The notes under the pieces are model-generated. The model ran no database searches and was not told the origin of the DNA. It saw nothing but the letters and a program-made list of their open reading frames with translations. Below are positions 31,620 through 32,000 of a DNA stretch of 32,000 bases, piece by piece. Positions within the stretch are counted from its first letter, which is position 1, and each line of letters begins with the position of its first letter. The stretch comes from Idiomarina seosinensis (GTDB taxonomy: Bacteria; Pseudomonadota; Gammaproteobacteria; Enterobacterales; Alteromonadaceae): positions 77,315 through 109,314 of the forward strand of contig NZ_PIQF01000003.1 in assembly GCF_003987275.1 (NCBI RefSeq), given 5' to 3'. Position numbers and translations under genes: made by a program.

Positions 31620-32000
31620 ATGAGTGAACCAATTTTTGACTTAACCTATGTCTGGGCTGCAATTATTGCCTTTGGCGTTATTATGTACGTGTTAATGGAC
31701 GGCTTCGACCTGGGTCAGGGCATTCTATTTATGTTTGCTCCAAGCGAACATGACAGAGATATAATGATGAACTCGGTAGCTCCGGTGTGGGACGGCAATG
31801 AAACCTGGCTAGTACTCGGTGGCGCAGGCTTGTTGGCCGCCTTTCCGCTGGTCTACAGTATTTTTCTTCCGGCGCTTTATATCGGGGTGTTCTTACTGCT
31901 GGCAGGCCTCATTTTCCGTGGCGTTGCGTTTGAATTTCGATTCAAAGCGCATTCTTCCCGGTACCTGTGGAACTGGTCATTTGCCGTTGGCTCTACTGTT
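31620..32000 (+). CDS. cioB: Cytochrome bd-type quinol oxidase subunit II, N-terminal 127 codons (3' end lies outside the window)
   Basis: ATG 31620 has AAGGA upstream. The sequence reads VWAAIIAFGVIMYVLMDGFDLGQGILF...VAPVWDGNETWLVLGG...FRGVAFEFR, matching the canonical CydB N-terminus. Confidence 0.9.
   Translation, partial: MSEPIFDLTYVWAAIIAFGVIMYVLMDGFDLGQGILFMFAPSEHDRDIMMNSVAPVWDGNETWLVLGGAGLLAAFPLVYSIFLPALYIGVFLLLAGLIFRGVAFEFRFKAHSSRYLWNWSFAVGSTV

Overview
This is a densely coding chromosomal window with no mobile elements, CRISPR arrays or large non-coding gaps. It looks like a gammaproteobacterium, probably a marine Alteromonadales-type organism, though that taxonomic guess is low confidence. 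All identifications come from reading motifs in the supplied translations; I ran no database search.

Housekeeping backbone:
- the 3' end of queA, followed by tgt
- the macromolecular-synthesis operon rpsU-dnaG-rpoD, with its internal attenuator and terminal terminator
- a tRNA-Ile2(CAU) of the ileX type
- gdhA
- a short-Q-loop cytochrome bd (CIO-type) oxidase operon, cut off at the window end

Signalling and accessory genes between these:
- an orphan membrane Hanks-type Ser/Thr kinase, divergent from a YcgR-like PilZ protein
- a divergent histidine-kinase-like sensor with no response regulator nearby
- a PAS / degenerate-GGDEF / EAL phosphodiesterase
- a 14-blade propeller Y_Y_Y GGDEF cyclase
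- an MCP chemoreceptor
- a secreted serine hydrolase and a small outer-membrane barrel

Loci most worth a second look:
1. An Anbu-type proteasome-homologue module: circularly permuted ATP-grasp and alpha-E on one strand, a Thr1 Ntn hydrolase divergent from them. A Zn-ribbon HExxH peptidase sits where the usual transglutaminase would be.
2. An E. coli-type YcaO with an extra N-terminal OsmC-like domain, lying downstream of a gdhA/DUF3750-lipoprotein pair whose stop and start codons overlap (TAATG).
3. The kinase-PilZ pair, wedged between two otherwise conserved neighbourhoods.
4. A periplasmic heme-c (DUF3365-like) gene directly upstream of cioAB, with a 17-bp palindrome in its promoter region.

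None of these is demonstrably a new system from sequence alone. They are known-unknown modules with unusual local arrangements.
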